Below are positions 9,637 to 18,500 of a stretch of 58,876 bases of DNA, in pieces. The stretch spans positions 1 through 58,876 of the IMG/VR virus record IMGVR_UViG_3300016467_000949; one strand, written 5' to 3'. The DNA is from a virus (lineage: Duplodnaviria; Caudoviricetes). The notes under the pieces are model-generated. The model was not told the origin of the DNA, made no database searches, and saw only the letters and a program-made list of their open reading frames with translations. Made by a program: the position numbers and the translations under genes. Every line of letters begins with the position of its first letter. Positions within the stretch are counted from its first letter, which is position 1.

Positions 9637-10415
9637 AGAAAAGGCCAGTTGCGTCGGATCATGAATCCTTCGCTCGTCTTTTCCATCCATTTCTTGAATC
9701 CGAGGTTCCCTTCGCTCGTCTGCATAGCCTGCCTCTGTTGGATTCCTATTGTCTTGGGCGACTGTGACCCCATCGGAGCTCTTCTGTCCGCTGGAACGAA
9801 GAGCGGCTTGTTATATGTCGTGTTCGGAAGCTGCTGGGGTCTTACAAACGAGCCTGTGTTCTTTATGTCCGCTAGAGTTACATCAAAACTTCTGTTTGTT
9901 TTGTGGTCGTATACGCTGAACTCTATCTCTTCGTCCGGATCCTCTATGCCCTCTTGGTCTAGTATTTCTTCTACACCACTTGAAAGTTGTCTTTTTTTGT
10001 TGGCATCGTAACCGAACAACTCTATGTTATTTGATCTGACGGCGATCCACCCGTCATGCTTCATGACGTAAAGCCGTGCGTCCCCGCCGCCCCCGAGAAG
10101 CCTGTACACCTCCATGTTTATTCCAAGTCTCTTGATTATCCATTCGGATATTTTTACCGCATCAACACCCCGCTCCAGAAGCGTGTGATATATTGAATTG
10201 ATCAGGTGATAAGCTGCTTGAGATGGTTCGTCGTCAACGCGTCCAAGTTCTTCTGTGTTTATGTTAAGTTCCGTCGCGTAATCCATCATGGAGTCAAGGT
10301 GATCTGCGGCCACCGAGTTCAGTGCAACCATTTCGTGGTTCTGATCCCCTACGTCGCCGTCTGCGAAGTCAACCTGGCCGCCTTGAATCCAGTACTCTCC
10401 CCTAATCTTTGACAT
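9633..10415 (-). CDS. hypothetical protein
   Basis: 260-aa ORF coupled to upstream gene; C-terminal FKKWME motif. Confidence 0.7.
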   Translation of the reverse strand: MSKIRGEYWIQGGQVDFADGDVGDQNHEMVALNSVAADHLDSMMDYATELNINTEELGRVDDEPSQAAYHLINSIYHTLLERGVDAVKISEWIIKRLGINMEVYRLLGGGGDARLYVMKHDGWIAVRSNNIELFGYDANKKRQLSSGVEEILDQEGIEDPDEEIEFSVYDHKTNRSFDVTLADIKNTGSFVRPQQLPNTTYNKPLFVPADRRAPMGSQSPKTIGIQQRQAMQTSEGNLGFKKWMEKTSEGFMIRRNWPFL

Positions 10416-10804
10416 CACATGGCCCCTGGCTGTGGCTGGAAGTCCTGCGACATCAACTTGTCCAGGTCTTCTATTCCGACAAGGAATGTCTTCTCCCCGG
10501 GAACTCCGTCAATCTTGACGAATCCCCCTTCTCCGTCGTCCTTGTAGTGCCTGTTGCTTATTGATCGGTCGCTTGTGTTCCTCACCATCGCATGCGTGAT
10601 CCTTCCGTTGCTGTTGCGCTTGAATCCGACCACCTTGTATGGGGCGATGTTTGTCGCCCCCCCTCCGAGCGAGAAGAAACTCGCAACCTGGGGTTCGTGT
10701 TCAAGATCGGAGGGCTTTATGCCGAGTTCGTCCCTTAGCGACGACAGGAACGGATGCTTGCTCTCCTCTTCTTTCATGAATTCGGAAAAAGTTTTTTCAG
10801 CCAT
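10415..10804 (-). CDS. hypothetical protein, possible internal virion protein
   Basis: N-terminus MAEKTFSEFMKEE. Confidence 0.7.
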   Translation of the reverse strand: MAEKTFSEFMKEEESKHPFLSSLRDELGIKPSDLEHEPQVASFFSLGGGATNIAPYKVVGFKRNSNGRITHAMVRNTSDRSISNRHYKDDGEGGFVKIDGVPGEKTFLVGIEDLDKLMSQDFQPQPGAM

Positions 10805-10845
10805 ACATGAGATATATATCTAGGTCGCTTTTTTTTAGGAGAAAC

Positions 10846-11238
10846 ATGGCGAGTCCGGCATTTTCCGAATTCCGAGATCTCATGGACAAATGGGATGCCT
10901 CTTCGCATCTTTTTTCCGAGAACGACTTGTGCATGTTCTTCAAGAAAGACGGCGTGCTGTACGGCACGACCGAATCAGGGAGGATAACATTCGCCCGCAT
11001 GAAAAACCCAGAATCCAAGGAGGACAGGGACTGGATGAAGGATGCGACCTTTGTCGCCTACGACCTCGAAAAGACCGCGTCGGGCGAGAAGTCCATGTCC
11101 GTCTTCGGACAAAAGGAGGCCAGAAAGGCCGAGATAGTCAGCCAGGATGAGGCAGAAAAGGAGCTCGAGAAAAAGGGCAAAACTCTCCCCGTCGTCAGCG
11201 ACGACCACGAGCAGGATCGAACCATCGGCGAAAAATGA
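10846..11238 (+). CDS. hypothetical protein
   Basis: AGGAG RBS before ATG 10846. Confidence 0.7.
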   Translation: MASPAFSEFRDLMDKWDASSHLFSENDLCMFFKKDGVLYGTTESGRITFARMKNPESKEDRDWMKDATFVAYDLEKTASGEKSMSVFGQKEARKAEIVSQDEAEKELEKKGKTLPVVSDDHEQDRTIGEK

Positions 11239-11420
11239 AGATTACATTCAACACAATAGAGAGCTGGGCTAGCAATATAGGTTACGTTGTGGAAAAGACC
11301 GATTCTGGATTGGTCTGGTATAAGGAACACTACACGCGATTCAGGAGATGTTCCTCTGTTGACGAGGCCGTTGATCAGATTCTCCATGAAATCCGGGAGT
11401 CGCTCAAGGAGAAAGAATGA
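11235..11420 (+). CDS. hypothetical protein
   Basis: ATGA-coupled on both sides. Confidence 0.6.
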   Translation: MKITFNTIESWASNIGYVVEKTDSGLVWYKEHYTRFRRCSSVDEAVDQILHEIRESLKEKE

Positions 11421-12079
11421 CCCTTCCCTTCGGTGATTCCTCTAACAAATACGTGTGCTTCTGCTGCGGACTGCAGTTCGCAGAATACGAGGAGTTCAAA
11501 TCTCACATCATAGAAAGCCACGAAGAGGGCAGGGAATACGTCCGATGTCCCCTCGAACATTGCAAGGCTCCTGTCAGGGACGTCAAACTGCACATGAAGG
11601 TCAAGCACCCGAGCTTTGACTTTCGCAACTTTAAGGGGCAGGCGAGGGCTATAGTCTGGAGCGACTTCTCCGCCAAGGGAAAGAAGACGAGGAAGCCCAG
11701 GTTCAAGCAGGGCAAGTACGAGTCCACCAAGACCGGCAAGATACTCGGCTACAGATCTGGCCTCGAGGAGAAACTGTACAAAATTCTAGACCAGCACGAC
11801 GAGGTCATGTCTTTTTATTCGGAGCCGTTTAATATAGACTACATCCACAAAGGACAGGCTCACAAGTACACGCCAGATCTGATCGTCAATTTCATGGACG
11901 GCAGGAAACAGGTTTGGGAGGTGAAGCCCTCCAACCAGACAGATCTTGAGATGAACAAAAACAAGTGGCGGGCGGCCGAGGAAGCGTGCAAAATCAGGGG
12001 TTGGGAATTCAAGGTCTTTACCGAGCAGGGAATCGACAAGCTGGCGGTAGAGGTGAGAAGACAGAAATTGGACGACTGA
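11417..12079 (+). CDS. Zn-finger + TnsA-like PD-(D/E)xK nuclease (T4 gp4 head-completion-like)
   Basis: two C2H2-like motifs, then YRSGLE..YTPDLIV..EVKP..KWRAA. Confidence 0.75.
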   Translation: MTLPFGDSSNKYVCFCCGLQFAEYEEFKSHIIESHEEGREYVRCPLEHCKAPVRDVKLHMKVKHPSFDFRNFKGQARAIVWSDFSAKGKKTRKPRFKQGKYESTKTGKILGYRSGLEEKLYKILDQHDEVMSFYSEPFNIDYIHKGQAHKYTPDLIVNFMDGRKQVWEVKPSNQTDLEMNKNKWRAAEEACKIRGWEFKVFTEQGIDKLAVEVRRQKLDD

Positions 12080-12080
12080 A

Positions 12081-12419
12081 ATGCAAATCATACAAAAGGG
12101 CTGGGGCCACGAGAAGATAATACACAACTCGGAAGGCTACTGCGGCAAGATACTCTGCTTCTGCAAGGGCAAGAAGTGCTCCTACCACTACCACGCAGTA
12201 AAGGACGAGCACTTCTACTGCGTGGGCAAAATCCTTCTGAAGTACGGATGGACGGATGACATTTCCCGTGCCAAGCAAGTCGTTCTGAGCACGGGAGACG
12301 ACTTCCATGTTCCGGTGGGGATGAGACATCAGATGGAGGCTCTGGAGGACTCGGAACTCTTCGAGTTCTCCACTACCGACCATGCGGAAGATTCGATAAG
12401 AATCATCAAGGGCGACTAA
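12081..12419 (+). CDS. cupin-domain protein (sugar isomerase-like)
   Basis: KGWGHE..YCGK..SYHYHAVKDEHFY..GD.FHVP.GMRH. Confidence 0.8.
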   Translation: MQIIQKGWGHEKIIHNSEGYCGKILCFCKGKKCSYHYHAVKDEHFYCVGKILLKYGWTDDISRAKQVVLSTGDDFHVPVGMRHQMEALEDSELFEFSTTDHAEDSIRIIKGD

Positions 12420-12422
12420 ATA
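12416..12422 (+). promoter_or_regulatory. putative late promoter
   Basis: CTAAATA 5 nt before ATG 12428, no SD. Confidence 0.4.
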
Positions 12423-12427
12423 CCGTC

Positions 12428-13234
12428 ATGGAATTCAGAGATTTCATGATGAACGAGTATGCGAGAAAGCTCGCCAAGGCGTACGCCGACATCTTGAGGG
12501 ACGTGCCGCAGAGTCCCGAGCACCACCCGGAGGGTGCTGTTCTCAACCATGTCAGGCTCGTGAGAAAGGCAATATCATCCGCAGTGGATGAGTTGAGGAA
12601 TCTGAAGTCGGATGCCGTTCTCGGCGAGGTCCTTGCGAACCTGGACTTCAACATGACCTCCGAGGACATGAAAATACTCAACACCGCTGCGTGGCTCCAC
12701 GACATCGGCAAATTTAGTTCCACCACCATAGACGGAATTCATTTCAATTCCTCGCCGACGAAGGATGGAAAGATACAGGCCATCGGCCACGAAACACCCC
12801 AGCACTACCAGCCCCAGATAGAAAAACTTTCAGGCCTAGCTCCGAAGGAACTAGTGGAATTCTACGAAACCCACAGGGAAATAATCAACTTCCTCATAGA
12901 GCGCCACATGGACTTCGCCCACGGGGGATTCGGCAAGGGAGTCATATCCGGCTACTTTGAAAACGGAAGAATCAAAAACGACAGGAAAATAAAGCTTCTT
13001 CTCGTTCTCATGTGGGCGGACAAGATGGGACGGGGAAAGGTCGCCGATCTAGCCGACAACATATTAAAGCTCAGGGCTGCCGCCGAAAAGAGCAGGCAGA
13101 GTCACGCAAGGCTCGCCAAGCAATCCAGACCCTTCCAAGGAAACGAGGACGATTTCAGGGAGATGCTCAGAAAGAGGGGCGTGTCAGAAAAAGACATAGA
13201 TGCCGCCGTGACTTCCAAATTCGGATTCCGGTAG
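12428..13234 (+). CDS. HD-domain phosphohydrolase
   Basis: QSPEHHPEG.V.NH, AWLHDIGK, GHE, HM, AD motifs as in CCA-enzyme-type HD domains. Confidence 0.8.
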   Translation: MEFRDFMMNEYARKLAKAYADILRDVPQSPEHHPEGAVLNHVRLVRKAISSAVDELRNLKSDAVLGEVLANLDFNMTSEDMKILNTAAWLHDIGKFSSTTIDGIHFNSSPTKDGKIQAIGHETPQHYQPQIEKLSGLAPKELVEFYETHREIINFLIERHMDFAHGGFGKGVISGYFENGRIKNDRKIKLLLVLMWADKMGRGKVADLADNILKLRAAAEKSRQSHARLAKQSRPFQGNEDDFREMLRKRGVSEKDIDAAVTSKFGFR

Positions 13235-13247
13235 CTCTCTGAAGTTG

Positions 13248-14294
13248 ATGACAAAGACACCCCTCTACGTATTCCAGTGGATATCCGATCTGGGCGGAGC
13301 AGACACGAGGCTCAAGGAACTCCTGATCCTGCTCAAGAACGAGTTTGATATAACCTGCATACCGAATGACGAGTTCCGGCTCAGAGAAAAGCACAACACC
13401 GATTTCCTAGATTTTCACGGAATAAAGTACTGCATGCCTTCCTCGTTGCCGAAGAAGATGGAGGGATTTGCATATGCCAACTGCAACTTTCGCCTCTTCG
13501 ACGAGGGCGAGAGAATAGATTTTATACACGGTTCGGGGCTCAAGTTCTTATGGTCTAACGACATGATGTGGACGACCACCAACGAACTGGCGGGCATATC
13601 CAGAGGCCATGTAGATTGTTGCCTTTTCACTTCTCCGTTTCACAGGGACGCCATAGCCCCCAGTATATTCAAGGCTCGTCCGGATCAGAAGGCCGCAATA
13701 CTGGACAACTATTTTGACAGTTCCACTTGGGAGTACGTGGACAGACCCGCTAGGGACACTGTGGTCTGTGGCAAGCACAGCAGAAACGACATCATGAAGT
13801 TCTCGGAGGACTTTCCTGTCTTCTACGAATCCGCCACCATGAACCTTCCCGTTTCTTACAGGATCATGGGGTGGAGCAAGGATTTGGCCAAGAAGTACTC
13901 CTGGTTCAGATTTTCGGACAAGTGGACGCTCCTCAACACAAATCAGGAACCCACACAGAGGTACCTCTCCTCCATCGACGTGTTTCTTTACAACTGCAAC
14001 CACAGGTTCATAGAGAATCAGAGTCGTTCTGTGATAGAGTCGCAGCTTACAGGGTGTCCGATAGTGGCTCCGGGCAAGTGGAACTTCCCCAACATGGTTT
14101 GGGATAAGAGGACGGGCTTTCTGTGGGAGGATATTGATGAGCTCCGCGAGATCATGAATGACCTCATGAATGAGGATTTCAGAAAGAAGGTCGGACGCCT
14201 TGCAAGCCATGTAACGAGGGAAATTTGGTGCGACGCCGAATCCGCAAGAAGAAAGTGGAATGCGGTTCTCAACTATGTCGGAGGTGCAGTTTGA
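13248..14294 (+). CDS. glycosyltransferase, GT-B (GT4-like)
   Basis: GGAD N-terminal motif; ENQSRSVIESQLTGCPIV; TGFL. Confidence 0.7.
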   Translation: MTKTPLYVFQWISDLGGADTRLKELLILLKNEFDITCIPNDEFRLREKHNTDFLDFHGIKYCMPSSLPKKMEGFAYANCNFRLFDEGERIDFIHGSGLKFLWSNDMMWTTTNELAGISRGHVDCCLFTSPFHRDAIAPSIFKARPDQKAAILDNYFDSSTWEYVDRPARDTVVCGKHSRNDIMKFSEDFPVFYESATMNLPVSYRIMGWSKDLAKKYSWFRFSDKWTLLNTNQEPTQRYLSSIDVFLYNCNHRFIENQSRSVIESQLTGCPIVAPGKWNFPNMVWDKRTGFLWEDIDELREIMNDLMNEDFRKKVGRLASHVTREIWCDAESARRKWNAVLNYVGGAV

Positions 14295-15139
14295 AGACTC
14301 TAATATGGTCGGTAGCCTGGGGGGACTACAGGTACATGTTGCAGTCCCTTATGAAGTCTATAAGAGACGTGGGCGTTGAACATGACATTCTGACGTTCAC
14401 CGACCAGCCCCTGACCGGCGTAGTTTCTTGCAAGACTGATGAGAGGATAGAACTTGACTTCAAGCAGTACTGGAAGTTCCACTACCTCAATAAGTTGAAG
14501 AGCCTCGAATACGATCTGTTCGTATTCATAGACAGTGACCATTATTTCGTGAGGAAGCCCGAGAAAGACTTCTCGGATATTGTTGGCGATGATCCATGGC
14601 ATTCATTCCTCGAGTCTCCCATAAACTCCCCCAGAACAAGGAGGGGCGACTGGTGGGGCGTTCCCAATGACGCGATGGTGGAACTCTACAGGGGATTTGG
14701 GGTCAACCAGGGAACAGTATACAGCACTAACGGTGGTTTCTGGATGTGCAGGCGCGAGTTCATGGCGCACGCAGCGGAAACAGGACTGCTCTTTCGCGAC
14801 TACCAGAAAAACAAAGGTCTTGATCTTCCAGAAGAGGTCGCCATATCGGTTCTGTCGCACATGTTCAGCATGGACTACGAGAGCAGGTTCCACTACCGAT
14901 ACATGGACACATGGGCGAGCGAGTGGACGGGCGTGCTCAAGGACAGGATTCCGGATGGATCGTTCTGGGATTTCCAGGAATACATGACGATGGAGACTAA
15001 AAGCGTCAATCCCGCCATAGTCCACGCCATGAGAAGCAAGAGCGCCCTGGTAGAAAGCGGCAAGCAGATAATGGTCAAAAATCCGCCTTCTGATTTTGTC
15101 GCCTGGGAAAATGCCTCTTCTGCGTTGGCGGGCGTTTGA
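14291..15139 (+). CDS. putative glycosyltransferase, GT-A
   Basis: FVFIDSD (DxD), NGGF; TTG start overlapping upstream stop with GGAGG RBS. Confidence 0.6.
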   Translation: MKTLIWSVAWGDYRYMLQSLMKSIRDVGVEHDILTFTDQPLTGVVSCKTDERIELDFKQYWKFHYLNKLKSLEYDLFVFIDSDHYFVRKPEKDFSDIVGDDPWHSFLESPINSPRTRRGDWWGVPNDAMVELYRGFGVNQGTVYSTNGGFWMCRREFMAHAAETGLLFRDYQKNKGLDLPEEVAISVLSHMFSMDYESRFHYRYMDTWASEWTGVLKDRIPDGSFWDFQEYMTMETKSVNPAIVHAMRSKSALVESGKQIMVKNPPSDFVAWENASSALAGV

Positions 15140-15222
15140 TTGCAGTCAAATGCAATCGGCCCCGTTATCATTCATTGGATGCAAATTTTTCCCAAAAAAA
15201 TATTTTTTGCCCCCGCAAAAGG

Positions 15223-15228
15223 TAAATA
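15223..15228 (+). promoter_or_regulatory. putative late promoter
   Basis: TAAATA ~30 nt before MGIKIS gene; same motif precedes both paralogs. Confidence 0.45.
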
Positions 15229-15257
15229 AGTGGCGAACTTATTAAGAAGAGGGCAAA

Positions 15258-15527
15258 ATGGGCATCAAGATATCTCAGCTTCCCGTGGGCGAGGCGGAAC
15301 AGAACGCGGTGGTACCCGCCACAAATGCGGCGGGCAACACGACCCGCAAGGTCACGATGGGAGAAATAGCGGCTCTTGCAACCAAGCAGACCGTTGGCCT
15401 CGGCAATGTGGACAACACCTCGGATGCAAGCAAGCCCATCAGCACCGCGGTACAGAGCGCACTTGATGCAAAATTGAGTACAATTTTGCCGGTTATGTTG
15501 ACGACCTCCGCGTCGCTAAGGGTCTAG
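15258..15527 (+). CDS. fibre-associated protein, MGIKIS family copy 1 (appears truncated or frameshifted)
   Basis: MGIKIS.LP..VGLGNVDNTSDASKP; similarity to paralogs stops after LDAKLS (~15479). Confidence 0.65.
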   Translation: MGIKISQLPVGEAEQNAVVPATNAAGNTTRKVTMGEIAALATKQTVGLGNVDNTSDASKPISTAVQSALDAKLSTILPVMLTTSASLRV

Positions 15528-18500
15528 CCGTATACTCGGGAAACTTCATTCCTCCCCGTGGGCCTCTGGCGCCGTACGCCAGGCCGGAGCCCGTAGCGGC
15601 CCAAGCCAGCCTGCTTTTGCATTTTGACGGGGACTTCGCAGATTCAAGCGAAAATAACTCGACTTTTACATCGCACGGCCAACCCGCAACTAGCACGGAT
15701 CAGAGCAAGTTCGGCGGAAGCAGCGGTTATTTCGACGGGAGCAGTTATCTTACCGCACCGTTCGACGACCAGTTTGTTTTCGGCACGGGGGACTTCACAG
15801 TAGAGGGCTGGATTTATTGGAATCAAGCGAGCCAGGGTCCTCTGATTGCCGCGGGAGCTGGATTCAACGGTCCCGGACCTTGGCATGTCTGGGCGCTGAA
15901 TCCTAGAGCCGACCAAAGTCTTGTTTATTGGTCTCGAATCAATGAGCAGGCCGAAGCCGGAATGTTTTACATCGAGTGCCCTTATTCTTTTTCCACGAAC
16001 AAGTGGTACCATGTGGCGGCCTCACGTTTTAAAGGCACTACCAGGGTGTTCGTGAACGGCACTGAAATTGGTTCGGCTCCCGACGACACGGATTATTCCG
16101 TCGTCGGAGGGAGCAACGACAACAGCATTCACATCGGGTATTGGTTTACGGGTCTTGGGTATCAATACCACAACGGATATATAGACGAAATTCGCGTCAC
16201 CAAGGGAGTTGCGGTCTATACCAAGAACTTCGCACCTCCCATAGCGCCTCCCGATCCGATTGTGCGGCAGGGCGAAGTGTCCTCCGTTCCCGCAAGTTTG
16301 CTATTGCGCTTTGAAGGAGAAAACAACAGTACGAGTTTTAAAGACAGCAGCGTGAATGCCCTGACCTTGACGGCGAACGGGAACGCCAAGATCAGCACGG
16401 AGCAAAGCAAGTGGGGCGGAAGTAGCGGTTATTTTGACGGCAATTCTTCTGTTGCACTCGGTGCCACCGGAGCAACACTACACGGATCTGCCGAAGATTT
16501 TACGATAGAGTGTTGGGTGTGGCCCGAGCAGTTTTCAATTTCAAGCACAACAATTTTTGGTACGCGACCTGTTGCCCCGTTCGAAGACAATTGTTTAATT
16601 TTAGCGTTAGATGCAAGCGGTCAGCCGTTTGTACACACTAACGCAACGGTTCTGCTGACCGGAGGCTCCGTTGCAGCTCAGCAATGGACGCATTTGGCGC
16701 TTACCCGACAAGGCAATATATTTAGCTTGTTTGCAAACGGAGTTCTTTTAAATCAAGCAACCGTTTCGTTCGTTTTGGCGAGCAGTGAAACAGCGTTACT
16801 TGGTTGGGAGCCTAGGGGCGAACGCGGAAAGTTTTACGGCTACATTGACGATTTCCGCATCGTCAAAGGGCTGGCACTCTATACCGAGAACTTCACGTTA
16901 CCCACCGCTCCCGTGGCCGCAGTCGTGCGCCCGCCGGAAGGCGAGCCGGCGTCACTGTTGCTGCATTTTGACGGCCCCAGCGGCAGCACGAATTTCAAAG
17001 ACTCCAGCCCAAATGCGCTGACAGTGATGCAAAACGGAACCGCTCAAATCAGTACGACGCAGAGTAAGTGGGGCGGGAGCAGCGGGTATTTCGCTGGTGA
17101 CAACAATTATGTGTACACCAACACCTCGCCTGCATTTAATTTCACCGGTTCCTTTACGATTGAAACGTGGGTTTATTGGTTAGGCGGCAATTTTTATGAC
17201 TTTATCCTAGACTTTAGACCAACCGGAAATTTTGCTTTCTTATTTCAAAACGGCCAGTTTTATCCGTTTTTCGGCGGCACGGACTGGGGCGGTGGCGGCG
17301 ACGCAATACCTGCAAATGAATGGGTACATGTGGCTTTTGTCTACGACGGCAAAGATTGCCGCATGTACGCCAACGGCGTGCTGTATCGGACGGTGACCGA
17401 ACCAAATATGACACAGCCAGCGTGTCCCGCACTGGTTGGTCAAAGATTTGAGGGTGACCTTCACTCGTTTAACGGCTACATTGACGACCTCCGCATCACC
17501 AAAGGTCTGGCCGTCTACACCGACACGTTCGTTCCCCCGACTGCGCCGCTTTCGCCCTATGCGCAGCCAGCAGAACTCGCCGCGCAAGCCAGTCTGCTCC
17601 TGCACTTCGACGGCAACTTCAATGACTCGTCTGGTAATAACTTAACCGTGACGCCGAACGGCAGCGCGCACATTGACGACAATTTTAAGTTTGGCACCCA
17701 AAGCGCATTAATCGGAAGCGGCGACGACATCACTATTTCAGATGCGTCTGTCATAAATTTTGGCGACGGTGATTTTACCGTAGAGTGTTGGATTTTCGTT
17801 GATTTGGCTTCCAGTTCCAATCAGTACGTTTGGGACATGGGCGCCAATCAAGGCCAAATACAAATTATCCCGGAAAATAGTTACAACGGGCCGCTTTTTG
17901 TAACGTGGGCCGGCACAATTATTGGCGGGCAAACGCCAATCACTTCAAATCAGTGGACGCATTTAGCCGTTGCTCGACATAACGGCGTAACGACGCTGTA
18001 CATCAATGGCGTGGCTGTAGGCTCGACGCCTGACACATCAAATTATGCAGGCACGACATTAAAACTTGGCTCGTACGGCGGTGGCGGTTACAACCTTCAC
18101 GGCAATATTGATGACTTCCGAGTGGTCAAAGGCCTCGCCGTCTATACGGGCAACTTCATTCCGCCCGAAGCGCCCCTCTCGCCGATTGCCAAGCCCAAGC
18201 CCGTCGAGGCGCAGTCCAGCCTGCTGTTGCACTTCAATGGCGCGAACGGCAGCACCGATATCAAAGACAGCAGCGTGAACGCTCTGACTGTGACTGCAAA
18301 CGGGGATGCGGTTATTTCCGCATCCCAAGGCAAGTTTGGAGGTGCGAGCGGGTATTTTGACGGCGATGGCGATTACTTGTTGATTAATTCTTCGCCGGAA
18401 GTTGAATTGGGATCAGAAAATTTCACAATAGAGTTGTGGTACTACGCTCTGACCACATCTTCAACGCCTTATCCGTCTTTGATTTCAAAGGGAGAGCAAG

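Noticed and set aside
11417-12079. Tn7-like transposon
   Set aside because: Only a TnsA-like domain; no TnsB/C/D and no terminal repeats
15470-15490. Canonical programmed -1 frameshift
   Set aside because: No X-XXY-YYZ heptamer, and the new frame starts within a partial domain, which fits a deletion better
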